Source of the DNA: Podarcis liolepis | Taxonomy: Eukaryota | NCBI GenBank assembly: GCA_965112155.1 | Contig: OZ218105.1 | Strand: one strand, 5' to 3' | Length of the DNA stretch: 64,000 nt | In this document: positions 37,898 through 51,309 of the stretch, piece after piece | Layout: every line of letters starts with the position of its first letter | Numbering within the stretch: the first letter of the stretch is position 1 | Position numbers and translations under genes: made by a program | Notes under the pieces: generated by a model | Databases searched by the model: none | The model's input: the letters and a program-made list of their open reading frames with translations, nothing else | Told to the model about the DNA's origin: nothing

Positions 37898-40300
37898 CTG
37901 GAGTACGATTAAGCCTTCACTGTTCAAGTTTAAATCTTCACCAGGTAGGATTGGATCCTTTGCCTCACAAGCTTCTTTATTGTTCAGAGTATTGGAATAA
38001 TTTGCCTTTCTAGAGTCTGTAGTGAGAGAAACCTCCTGGCAGTAGGAGTGCAGAAATGCTCGGACTCCGTCAATCCCCACAAACTGTGAGATAGGAGCGC
38101 CACTGAAATTCACACTCCCCGTCTCAAGCAGCTGAGAATTTCTCCACCTGTGCAACTTGATGGCCAGTAAGACAAGGAGGAAAGTGAAGAACAAGCAAGA
38201 GACAAAAGCCACTGCAAGGACCAGGTAGAAGGTGAGGTCAGACGGAGGCTCCACAGGAGCTGAGATGCTGCTCAGGTCTGAGAGGATTGCAGGGATGGTG
38301 TCAGCCAGCACCACAGTCAGAGTGGCTGAAGCAGAGAGAGGTGGCTGCCCATTGTCCTTGACTAAAACCACCAGGCTTTGCTTGAGGGCATCTTTCTCCA
38401 GAAAGAATCGGGCCGTCCTGATCTCTCCCGTGTGGAGCCCCAGAGTGAAGAGCCCTGGCTCGGTGGCCTTGATCAGCTGGTAGGAGAGCCAGGCATTCTG
38501 GCCAGAGTCCGCATCCACGGCCACCACCTTAGTGACCAGGTAGCCTGGCTCTGAGGAGCGAGGGGCCAACTCTATCCCTGTGGAGCCGTCGGTGGGAGGG
38601 GAGGGGTACAGGATTTGGGGAGCATTGTCATTCTGGTCCAGGATGAAGAGAGTCACTGAGACATTGGAGCTGAGTGGTGGAGAACCTCCGTCCTGGGCCT
38701 TTACATGGAATCTAATGTCTCGAAACTCTTCATAATCAAAGGAGGTCAGAGCATATATAACCCCTGTCTCAGAGTTAATGGAGAGGTAGGAGGAGAGGCG
38801 GGAGTCACTTCTTTGGTCATCAGTGATGGAATATGTTATTCTGGCATTTTCTTCCCAGTCAAGATCATTTGCTCTTAAGGAAGAGACCATCGCTCCTCTT
38901 TGGTTATTCTCAACAAAATAGAAAGTATAGTCTGTTTTTTCAAAGAGGGGTGGGTTGTCATTTGTGTCTAAAACATGAAGTGTGATGACTGTGACTGCAG
39001 AAAGAGGGGGGACTCCATGGTCAGTAACAGTGACTGTAATATTGAAGACTGACACCTGTTCCCTGTCAAGGGCACCATCAGTCACCAAACTGTAAAAGTT
39101 ATCCATGGACTTCTTTAGCTGGAAAGGGAGGTTGCTAGGGATTGAACATGTGATTTCCCCATTGATTCCTGAATCTCGGTCTTGGACATTTAAAATGGCA
39201 ATTACCGTTTGGGATGGTGAACTTTCAAGTATGGTGTTGGTGGCAAAGTTAACTGATAATTCGGGTGCATTGTCATTCAGATCTGTAACTGATATCACAA
39301 CTTTTGATCTGTCACTCAGGCCTCCTCCATCTTTGGCTTGTATCTCAAATGCATATAAAGATGATTCCTCATAATCAAGATTCCCAATAAGGATGATTTC
39401 ACCAGTTGTGGAATTTAACAGAAACATTTGGGAGTCTCGCTTTGTGATTTGTTGGAAAGAGTATCTAATGTCTCCATTGATTCCTTCATCCATATCAGTG
39501 GCTCTCGCTGTCAAAAGTATGGACCACTTCGGGATATTCTCATTGACACTCACTTCATAGAGGGGTTGGCTGAAAACTGGTGCATTGTCATTTGCATCAA
39601 GGACAGCGATGTGGATTTGTAATGTGCCAGACCTGATAGGATCACCTCCATCAGTAGCTATGAGGAGCAGATCGTAAGCTGATTGTTCCTCTCTGTCCAG
39701 TGATTTTTCCAACACAAGTTCAGCAAGTCTGACACCATTTTCTTCTGTTTGCATATGCAAAGCAAAATGGCTACTGCCTGTGAGTTGATAGCTCTGCACG
39801 GAATTTATCCCCCAATCTGGATCTTGAGCTTTGGGTAGAGGGATCTGGAATCCAGGCATAGATGCCTCATTGATTTCCAGCTCCTGTTCCCATAGAGGGA
39901 AGTGGGGAGCATTATCATTTATATCTGTAATTTCCACTTCAATTCCATAAAGCTTCAATTTCCTTTCAACAAGAACCTGAAACTTCAACAAACATTTCTC
40001 TGCCTCTCCACAAATTTCCTCTCTATCTATTCTCTCAGATATCTGCAAATGGCCATTGTTGGCATTCAAAGAAAAGTACTGAATCATACCTACAGGGTAA
40101 ACAATGCGCAGTCCATGGTTTGGGAGCTGCTTGCCATCCATTCCCAGGTCCTTTGCAACATTCCCCACGGAAGAGCCTTTGTGCATCTCTTCTGGAATGG
40201 AGTAGTGGATCTGCCCAGAAACTGCCTTCCAAGAAAACATCATGAAAAGGCACTGGAAGATTCCCTTTCTGCAGTTCCACAGCCTCTGAGTTCCTTCCAT
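37898..40300 (-). CDS. PCDHGA: Protocadherin gamma A-like variable exon, amplified family copy 2 (801 codons)
   Basis: ORF 37886..40300; donor CAG|GTGAGC at 37898/37897. Confidence 0.93.
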
Positions 40301-40486
40301 CCTTGCAGCAGGTTAAAGGCCCTTAGATTCTGGTTCAAATGATGCTGTATCCAACTCTTTTCTACGGAAAATGTACATCCATTTCTTCTTTGCACTGACA
40401 AGCAGCTTGTTCCTTCAGATATTTTGTGTTTGTGTTTAACAGACAGGCAACTTCAACTGGGCAGGATTTCACATTTCTGCTCCGTT

Positions 40487-40527
40487 CTGGTGAACAGTGA
40501 CACCCAGAGGATCAAGTGCAAACTGCA
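40487..40527 (-). promoter_or_regulatory. Pcdh promoter CSE / CTCF site (CACT variant)
   Basis: Minus strand TGCAGTTTGCACTTGATCCTCTGGGTGTCACTGTTCACCAG. Confidence 0.8.
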
Positions 40528-43464
40528 AAAACTTCAGATATAGCCAGGATAACTATTCTTTTTCCTTAGAATTTACCCACTAAGGATAAATAAAAGTGAC
40601 GACTTTTGTTGCTGTAATCAAATTGAAAAGGAGCAGGAAAGACAAGTGTGTTTAGGGTTCCTGCCCTGCCCCATTACTGGGATTTCTGGAATAAATGTTA
40701 TGGATCTTTCTCAGCAATGTTTTCTGCTCGCTTTTCTAAGGGACTATTAAATAGATTTTTTCTTGATGGAGAAACAACACTAGTAAACCACCAGTACATC
40801 CTTGTAACCCCTGGCACTTCACTCCTCTCAGCTCCTATTTGTTCATTCACATCTCTAGGCTGTTCATCTTCAAACTGAATTTTTATTTTTTAGGTACGTG
40901 TTACATAAGCCCTACTTGGGCATACACTGTCCGTACATGAGCAAACATCTGAGGAGAAATATGCAGTTCTTCTTAGTCCTTTCCTGTCCAGCATTTCATC
41001 TGTACACAATCTAGATCCCTCCATGAATTTGAGGACCATGGTGTGAGGTGGGGAGCTTACTCCACTTGTAGGGGCCCCACACATGATATAGAATTTTGCA
41101 CCATCATGTTTTCTTTGCTTACACTTGAGGAGATTGTTCAAATAAGGCTGTACTGGGTAGGAGATGCATATCAGGAATGCCCCAGTTCAAATCAAACTTC
41201 AACCATGAGCTCATTAGTTGTCCTTGGGCAAGACTCCCTTCCTCCTCTCTCTCTGGTTGAGTTCACACAGCAGTTTCCTCCATTTCCCTGATGTTTCCCT
41301 AACTATTAATTTCTGCATCATATTCAAGTTTTCACATGGCATGAAAGCCACTTCATTTCCATGTTATTTAATTGCAGGAAAAAATACATTTGCTGCTCCC
41401 TTAAACCGGAAAATCGCAGGAGTAAAGTGATGAAATTTGGGGCCGTATACATGGGGGAATGAATACATGCACAGCTATGGGTGGAATAGTGGCATTGTTA
41501 TCCAATGATGTTCATTGTTGCGTCACACCACGCACTCTGATGTGAATGAAATTTAGTGGAACACGATATATTGCTCATATATTGATATGCTGATATATTG
41601 GTCAAAAATATACACATAACGCAACTGGTACTGCAGTGTGAAAGGAACATTGGAAAACAGAAAAGAAGCACTAGCGTTCTAGTCAGGAAAACTTATGCAA
41701 TATTTGCCATATCTAAATGCATCCTCTCTCCATCTTATCCACAACATGAGGAAAATATTGCTGATCTATCTTTCTGGGTTATTGAAGAGTTACAAGGGAA
41801 TGTATATCAACCATTTTCTACACTAAAGTGCTCTATAAACACCAAGTATGACTGTAAAGTGCAAAGGCCATGTCCACCTTCATTTATTGCTCACATTGTG
41901 CCTAGAAGACAATAAAGCCAAGACGAATGCTATTAAAGCTAATTATTATTACTATACCACATCACATTCCAGAGATAAACAGAAGCAGGAAGAGATTGGT
42001 GGCACACGCAATGGGGTGGAGCTTGGAGCCACCCTCCAACACTAGCGTTGTTGCTGGGGCTTACCTGGTCAGGGCTAGGCTGACACAACTGTGTGGTTGG
42101 GGCTGTGCAGGTGCACCAGCAGCCGTGCTAGATGTTCCCACAGTTAAAAGCACATGACTCCAGCCTCACTGCTGCCCCATCCAGGTAGGCAACTGTGCGT
42201 GGGGGTGGGGGTGAATTTACCAGCTGCCCACCACCATGCATGTCACTACTGCAGGAGGATAATTTTCAATGGCAGTTTATGAGATCATGTATGACAAGCA
42301 GAGGTAGATGGTTCTCAGTCATCTTTCTTGGAGAGCATGATGCTCTTCTGCTTCTTGTTCTACAAAATCAGCAGGACTACTAAAACTGCTATACTGAATT
42401 TGCTGAATGCTTTCCCCCAGAAGACAGAAAATCAAGTATCTGATCCACTAAGCAATGCCATAAAAGTTTCTTTCAAAATTAGTCTTCATCTCTCACTACA
42501 GAATATGCACTGGCAACAAACTTTTCAACACATTAGGCACAATCCAGCATTAATGTATATGAAGCAGCAAATACAGGGGTGTGTAGCTGTATGTCCTTGC
42601 CAGATTGCCTTTCCATGGGAAAGCATTCCAAGTCCAAGAGGTGAGAGGGCATCTAACGCTGTTATGACTCAATAGACATTTGTCATCTATGTTACTACAG
42701 CATGGAAGCATGACTGGAGATGTTATAGGTAGAAATAATAGCCACATGCACACTCACCTACATCCATACTGTTGACCACAACTGTTCCAACTGGTCATAA
42801 TTTCTAATCATACATTGCAAATGCTCTTAGCTGTTCTGACTGTTAAGTAAAGGGGGAAGGAGATTTTGGGTTCATGATGCACACATATGTGGGTCGGTAT
42901 ATAGGTCAGTACAGGGACCACTGTTTTTCCCTATTGCTCATTGCCTGTGTTTTGTCTTTCTAGTATATGGTTTTTGGACTTGGGGGATTGATGCATTTTA
43001 TTTATTTATTTATTTAAAATAATTATATAGGCCCTGTCCCACACTCAAAGAGTACCTAGGTTGTGTATAATATTAATTTAAGACCATATAAGCACCAGTA
43101 ATAAAGTACAGTATATAATACTTTTGTCAGCAATTTAGTGGAGTTGAACACCAATGGCCAGCAAATACTTGGTCACATAGATACGTCTTTAAATGTTGAT
43201 GAAAACACTGCACTGTACATTACTATTGAATTCAAAAGGGCAGACTGTTTCGCCACAGAGAATGCCATCCTCATGATTCCAGAACATGTACTGATACAGG
43301 TAATGAGACCACCAGGAATGCCTCCACTGAAGATCTTGGTGAACAGATGAATTGATATGAGAACAAGCATTATCTTGAACAATCTTGTGCTAAGTTGTTT
43401 TAGAAAGGATGAGGTAACATGTTGGAGAATTTAGGAGTGCTTCATTAATCTTTTGTGATATATT

Positions 43465-43625
43465 GGGACAGTCTCCTTTGGGAAGTTGTGGACTCTCCTT
43501 CCTTGGAGGTTTTTTTAGCAGAGGTTGGATGGCCATCTGCCATGGATGCTCTAGCTGAGATTCCTGCATTGCAGAGTGTTGGACCAGATGACCCTTGGGT
43601 CCCTTGCAACTCTATGATTCCATGA
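43465..43625 (+). mobile_element. CR1 LINE 3' end fragment (duplicated with the unit)
   Basis: Paralog of 31548..31706 in the same flanking context. Confidence 0.8.
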
Positions 43626-44606
43626 GAGACAGACTACCTGCTCCACACATTGATCAAAGAAAGGCTGTGCATGAGTTCTATTCATTCTGCAACCAGGAAT
43701 AACCAGTCACAGGACCTGAGGAGTGTTTTACAACTGACAGCTTCCATCAATGCTTCACCATAACATACATTGTGCTTTTCCAATCAGACCCAACTGTGTA
43801 TGAGTTTTAATTTGTTTTAATCTATTCTGTTGTGATTTAAACTTTCTGTGTGCTTTAAATTATGGTTGTCATTTTTAAATATTATTTTTATTCATTTTTA
43901 ATAATATAACAGTTTAACAATGTAGAACATTTATATACGCTCAATCTGAAAAATACAAAAACACAGATCTCCATTGTTCGTTTAAAACTTCCTTGTCTCA
44001 AACCACAAAATAGGCATTTTGTTTTGCCTTCAACCCTTTAATGTTCAATTTCCCTTCCCTTCTTCTTGAAGCCAAAAAGCAGCTCACACATTGAATGTAA
44101 ATTATCACCAGCTGATGGACAAATCTCCCTCGGTTATAAATTATAACTGTCCCAAAAATAATTAAGAAAGGGAGGCTTTTGCAGATCCCATACCCATCGC
44201 TTAATCCCATCCAAGTTCCTAGGAGCTGACTGCTTCTTGGTCTCTTGAACACAGAAAACAGCTTTTTCAAAGCACCAGAGATTAATCTCTTGTTCACTCT
44301 TTTTTCCAAAATGAATATGGGAACCAAGACTTATGTCTGGCTATCATCAATCACCATGTAATTATCTCTGTTGGCAGACCGCCAACAAAAGATATTCAAT
44401 GCACTATTTCCTTCCCCACAACACATAAAAACTCCCCACAAACTTCCTAATATTTACCTTAATAATAAGGAGAAGTTTGCCAATAAACAGAAAATTTTCA
44501 AACTTCTTGAAGAATATACAATGTAATATTTTTTGATGTCTGTTTTTCTGTTGTTTTTTAAGACATAACATTAAAATAGCTACATATTAAATTTTAGTCA
44601 TACTAC

Positions 44607-44667
44607 GAAGGAAGGAAAGAAGGAAGGAAGGAAGGAAGGAAGGAAGGAAGGAAGGAAGGAAGGAAGG
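44607..44667 (+). repeat. (GAAG)n microsatellite
   Basis: Read directly; shorter homologous tracts at ~32971, ~33135, ~57433. Confidence 0.9.
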
Positions 44668-44991
44668 ATAAGCACTGTCTCCACTCAAATATGCTATGCC
44701 ATCCTGTGATCCAAGATTGTCACCCTAGGTCAGCATGCAAATGTGCATCTGGATAATTCTGACTGAGGTTCCCCCCAACTTGCAATTTTGCCCTTCAACA
44801 ACTGCTAGAAGGCCCATTCCATTAGCTTGATCTGCAGCAGTAGCAGCTCAGTACTACTCCCTGCCTACTTCCCTGGTGACATGGCCTGAATTGTCTGGGG
44901 TGCCAGTTTGATAACATCCACTGTTTACAATTAAACTCTCAAACAAGTGATAACACCAAATTCCCTATAAGGAACATGAAATATAACTCAC

Positions 44992-47421
44992 CGTGCTGTC
45001 ATTTTCCTTTTCAGAAATTAAATTGCCTCCACTGACCATCAAAGAAATGTCAGAGTTGCCATTGCAAAGGATGTTCTCTGCTATTTGGACAGTGGGCTGC
45101 AGGAAAGTCAACTCATTCCTCCTGGATTCAGAGGACAGACAGACCTGGTAGGAATAAGGCAAAGTTCCGTCCTCATAATTGGGTGGGAATATGGCACCAG
45201 CCTTTGAATGGGGGTCAGGAATAAAGCACTGAAGGAAAGTGGGGTTCCTTGACCTTCGAAGCTTCATCAGAATGGTCAGAATCACCGTCACCAGGAACAG
45301 AAAGGACACGAAGGTCAAGGCCAATACCAAATAAAACTGTAGATCAGACTGATACTCTGAGTCATTTGGTTGGGAGTTCATTTCTGGAAGAGCCTCCTGG
45401 AAGTTCTCAGCAAACACCAGGCTCAACGTTGTGGTGGCTGAGAGAGGAGGATGCCCATTGTCCTTCACCAGGATGACCAGCCTCTGCTTCACTGCATCTC
45501 TCTCAAGTAATGCTCGGACTGTTTGCACCTCTCCTGTGTGGGAGCCAATGCTGAAGAGTGAGGGCTCTGTGGCCTGCAGGAGATGGAAGGAGAGCCAGGC
45601 ATTGTGTCCCGAATCAGAGTCCACGGCCACCACCTTCGTCACCAGATAACCCGACTCAGCTGACCGAGGCACCATCTCAAAGAAAGGGGAGCCCTCGGTT
45701 GATTGTGAGGGGTACAGGATCTGCGGAGCGTTATCATTTCGATCCAAAACACATACTGTCACTGTGGCACTGCTATTGAGTGGTGGAGAACCTCCATCTT
45801 GGGCCTTCACTTGAATCTGAAACTCCCTGAATTGCTCATAGTCAAAGGAGCGTTGGGCATAGATGATCCCAGTCTCAGAGTTAATGGAGACATAGGAGGA
45901 AAGAGGCATGTCCTTGATGTTGCTGTGAAGGACGGAGTAAGTGATTCTGGCATTGCGATCCAGATCTGGGTCAGAGGCCTTGATGTGGAAAAATGAAGCT
46001 CCAGATGGGTTGTTCTCTGGAACGTAGGCAGTATAGGAAGATTTTTCAAAGGCTGGTGGGTTATCATTGATATCTGAGATCTGTATTGATATGGTTTTGT
46101 GTGTGGAGAGTGGAGGTGTGCCTTTGTCTGTGGCTGTGATTGTAATATTATACTCTGGAGTCCTTTCTCTATCAAGGGCACCATCTATTAGGAGCTTGAA
46201 GTAATTATCTGAAGATGAGACTATCAGGAATGGTACAAGTTCCTTCAGGTGACAGGTGACTTCTCCATTCTCCCCAGAATCCCTGTCCTGAACTTTAATG
46301 AGAGCAATCACAGCTCCAGATGTGACATCTTCTGGAACTGGGCTGGACACGGAGGTAAGGATCACATCTGGAGCATTGTCATTCTCATCAAGAACCTCAA
46401 CCTCCACATTGCAATGTGCCGCCAATCCTCCTCCATCACTTGCCTGAATTATCATCACATAATATTGACTTTCTTCAAAATCAACACTTTCTATGAGTGT
46501 AACTGTTCCATCTCTGGGATCCAGATGAAACTTCTGCTTGGCTGTTTTTGGGATGTCACTGAAAATATAAGTGATCTCAGCATTTGACCCTTCATCACTG
46601 TCAGATGCTTTGACTTGGAGCACAGAGGTTCCTTTGGGTGCACTCTCCTTCAGGCTCACTTTATAGTTTGTCTGGGTGAAAACAGGAGCATTGTCATTAA
46701 TATCAATAACTGTTACCAATATTTTGGCTGTTCCGGTTTTTGGAGGTTCTCCACCATCCATGGCTGTAAGGACCATGTGGTGCATCTGTTCCTTTTCCCT
46801 GTCCAATTGTTTCTGCAATATTAATTCTGCATATTTCCCACCATCATTGCCAGCTTTAATTTCTAGTTTGAAATATGGAGTTGAGCTCAACTGATAATTC
46901 TGGAGGGAGTTTATTCCGATATCATCATCTTCAGCATTTCCAAGAGCAAATCGAGTTCCTGGCAGAGTAGATTCACTAAATTTAAGCTCGATATTTTCAT
47001 TTTGAAAATGTGGAGCATTATCATTGATGTCCTGGATAAAAATATTTACGTGGAAAATATTCAAAGGATTGTGTGCCACAACTTCCAATTTGAGGACACA
47101 AGTAGATGATTTACCACAAATCTCTTCCCGGTCTATTCTCTCATTTACATACAGGTTGCCATTTTGTTCATTCAGATCAAAGAATTGCTTTTCTGAAGAA
47201 ATACCAAGCTTGCGCTTTGACAGCTCTCTGACATCCAAACCCAGATCTTTAACAAGGTTCCCCACAAAGGAGCCCTGCTCTGCTTCCTCTGGAACTGAAT
47301 ACTGAACCTTCTCAGACGCTACCTGGCAGCAGAACACAGACCAGAATATGAACAGAAACAGTACTTGCCTCTTGGTGATCTTCCTTGTTCTCTCTGCCTG
47401 CTTTACTTCCATCACATCCAT
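44992..47421 (-). CDS. PCDHGB: Protocadherin gamma B-like variable exon, amplified family copy 3 (810 codons)
   Basis: ORF 44965..47421; donor ACG|GTGAGT at 44992/44991. Confidence 0.93.
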
Positions 47422-47652
47422 TGCATTTCCTGATTTCTTCCTTCTTTCAGTATAGTTTGCAAGACTCCCAGTACACTTAAGTGAGATAGTACCAATACTG
47501 TTCTTTTGAGCTGATTCTTGGGAAACTGAGAGCTTTCCTTTCTTGAGCAGCTTTTAAAATAAAAGCTTTTCCTTTCTGCTCCACTGATGTGTTAAGAGAG
47601 AGAGAGACTGCTCCAAGAGTCTCAGAAATGCTGAGCCATGGCTGCTCCCACG

Positions 47653-47693
47653 TTGTCCAACAGTGACACTCTGAGTCCACATGGGGAACTGTA
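47653..47693 (-). promoter_or_regulatory. Pcdh promoter CSE / CTCF site (CACT variant)
   Basis: Identical to 24120..24160. Confidence 0.8.
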
Positions 47694-48375
47694 TTTGCCA
47701 TTTCAATAATGGTACATAGTATATAATTTCTAATGTAGAGAACTGCTTTTAATTTAACCCTTTACCATTGTTTTCAAGTTGTACCCCCCCAATGGATTAT
47801 TGATCAGACCTTATAGTTATTCATTCCATTAAGAGCTCTTTTCAGAATGCATGTCAATGAGCCCAGAGTTCCAAATTTCTTTCTTCCATGTTTAATGTGC
47901 ATTAAAAAAATCTAAATAATATTAGGAAATTATCACAAGTGAATTTTTAATATGTATTCCCGTCAGAGGTTCAGCTTGTGGTAATTTTAGGTTGACCCAC
48001 ACAGTGATGTGTTTTCAGCCAGTACATTTAAACAAAAGATATTTGTGAATAGGAAAATAGGGATGGGCCTTATACTAGTTCATATTTATTTTCCATTTAG
48101 CCCTCTATTGTTTATTTCAACAGGCGGAGCCTTTCTCTACTACTGATTAGAGAGGTGCTAAGGCAACTTCCAGTGTAATATTTTAAAATATAATTATATT
48201 TTGTTATATCATGCGCTACTTTGCAATGCCTTGGGCTTGAAAAAGAAATCATTACTGCATTTGTTTTGCAAGATATTTTTATATGATGCTCAATGTGATC
48301 ACCCAGTAATCTCCTGTCAAGAAGAGATATGTTTTTGCTACAATTTGAGGGCAGTAGTTGTGGGTGAGGAATATT

Positions 48376-48496
48376 TCATAGAATCATAGAATCATAGAGT
48401 TGGAAGAGACCACAAGGGCCATCGAGTCCAACCCCCTGCCAAGCAGGAAACACCATCAGAGCATTCCTGACATATGGTTGTCAAGCCTCTGCTTTA
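48376..48496 (-). mobile_element. CR1 LINE 3' end fragment
   Basis: (ATCATAGA)n octamer tail followed by GTTGGAAGAGACC...GTCCAACCCCCTGC, the reverse complement of a CR1 3' end. Confidence 0.8.
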
Positions 48497-51309
48497 TTTT
48501 CTACATCTTTATTTTCTACATCTTCTAAATTGGAAAGGTTTCCATAGGTAGACAAATGGTAGTATCCAGTTGGTTCAATTCAAAAGTTCTTACTTTCTTT
48601 TTTTAAGCTTTCCTTGAAATCCCCAACCCGAACAACTCAAGAGGTATTTTTTGAGAACATAAAAAGTATGTATTAGGAAAGTGCAGACCTGTCAGTTTCA
48701 GTTCTCTCTGTTTCTCTGTTTTCCAATCTTAAATTCAGTTCTTGACATCTCTTCAGCAATTTGTGGTTTAAAAAGAAGCAACCTGGTGAAAATTAGGCAG
48801 AATACTATTTCCCAGGGAAAGCTCACGAGCTGGATTTTACTTGAGCTGTCAGCAAACAACTATTCTCTATAGTTGGTGGATGGACTATTGTGGGATATTT
48901 GCTCAAGGTGGGATGGAAAGTCTCCTCACAGCCAGACTCCTGCCAGGCAGAGCCTGGCCACATCAATTATACCACTGTGTATTCACTTCTGTCCTCATGG
49001 AACACCTGTCATCCCATGATGATTGCTGTTCTACCATACATAGTTCTCTTCATACAAACAATCAGCAACACAGAGTGGGAGACGGTGCTGATTCCCCCCC
49101 TACATCATACACAAGAAGGGACATGTGAGACAAGTATTTTATGTATGATGCCTTCTTTAAGGAAATGTCCCCCTTTTTCAGAAGGCAAGAATTATGCAAA
49201 TTATGCAAATATGGCATGCATAGTCCTCACAATGGAGGATCTGCAACACACTTTTCCTTACGTTCATGTTGGAAAGGATGGGGCAAAATCTTTTCATTGC
49301 AACTTTCATCACCAGCATAGACGATGTGCCCTTAAGATACCTAAGATGAATGTTGGCTAAATTCATTGCCCTCTGAAACAATTAACTTGCTGCTGCTCTC
49401 TGCTGCCGACACTATATATATCATAGGAAAGGTAAAGATCTACTGTTGAATATGTTTCCTATTCTGTATGGAAAGAGCCAACAAGGTTTCCCTTAGGACC
49501 TGGACTAAAACAAGTTGCACTATTTATAAAACAAATTATGTTTAATAACTATTAAGAGTACAATATATTACATTATCTGCAATGTGCCTTGTATCCATAG
49601 TACAAAAATCTCTACGTTTGTGCATTATTCTTTTAAATATTTTCTTTTATGTAACAGAAAAAACATTGAAAGCCAAAAACAAACAGATGTGCGTTTTATT
49701 AATGTGATCAAGAGGATTTACCACTTGCATTTACAATAATGAAAAGTAACTACTGTTAGCACTATTTTTGTCTGGTGTTCCAATAATATCTAAATAATTC
49801 CCACTTGCTCTTAAACGTCAAACAATTTTGTGGGAATCCAAGCATCCTCCCAGCATACTTTTCATTGTCCAATTCACACATTAGTAGAACTACAGGATAG
49901 TCCTACTAGGACATTGTCAGAAATGGTCACCCAAACAACTTCCCCAAATTTCAGCAAGTTACCATTCATTGTTTTCCTTACGGGAACAACAACCCCCCCC
50001 CCACATGCCTCATAAAATGTCCCCCAAATGCATCAATTCTTGCCACTGTAGTGTGTTTACAACACCAACCATGACAGCATATTTTTAATAGAAAACTATA
50101 AGCCACATATCACCAAATAGAACTGGAATCAAAACAGCTTACAGTCATGTGACAGAGGAGTAAATAAACTTGCAGTCACATTTCCAGTGATGCACCCATT
50201 GTAGCAGTGTGGAACTACCTAGAAGAACACACCTTCGGCTGAAGCTGTTTTCATTCATATTACAGGGAGAAGGCAACACACGACACCTTCTCTGGGGTTC
50301 GAAATTCTACCCCTACTTTACACTGGAAATCTCATTAAAGTAGAAAATGCCCCCCCCCAAATGCATTTGTGTGTTGTTGCTGTAGTTCAATAGCGGGTGA
50401 AGGTTGCAAATTACAACGAGCATTATGCAACCAATCTTACAATACAATTGCTTGTAAATTTCTTCCCAGAGTCCCCTCACCATTGAATCTCCTCATTTTA
50501 TCATGCTAAAATATACAAACAGCCAAAATAACTCAGCAAATAAAAGAGTTAAGTAAATTCATTATTACTTCTTTAAAAAGAAGTCTTGTAGCAATGAGAA
50601 TCTCAGTATCAGCTTACTGGTGGGCAGTTGGGTATGTAGTGGAAAGAGGTTATTGGTTGAAAGATGGGAATGAACACTTATTTGTCATAGGATACTTGGC
50701 CCTAGTTTTCATTGAGGCGGCACAACTACAACTTACCAGTAGCAAGGCAGGTGAGGGCTCACATTTATATACTTATTTATTGATACAGATTTTTTAAACC
50801 ACCAACTATTTGGAAGTGTAATAAAAATATGAAATAAAAGCCAAATACAACATACTAAGCTAAAACAATTAAGAATGCATTAAATCAATCTCACAGGAAC
50901 TCAAATGCTGAAGGCTTGTTCAAAGCGGGAAGAGAGAAATATACCTCCACATGAAAATAGGATGATAGTTATTAGCCTAGCCTTCTCCCTTATCTCCCAT
51001 ACATGATAGTTTTCAATATGTAGGGAACTATGTTTTTTATAGATGTCCACAAGGTTTTGTGAGCCTCCACCAGCAGTCCAAAATAAGAGACAAAGACAGA
51101 TCATCTGATGCATCAATATGAAGATTTGTTGAAAGAAGATACTTCACAGAAGTATCACATACCCAGTGATGACTAAAAGAAGGCGGGCTGAAATGAATAG
51201 AAAGAAGACTGACATAGTTCTGAATATAATGAGAAATCAGAGGCAGATGGTAAATATATTCTGATATTAACAAAATAAAAATATTGCTTATCTAAAATTG
51301 TTTGCTCAC

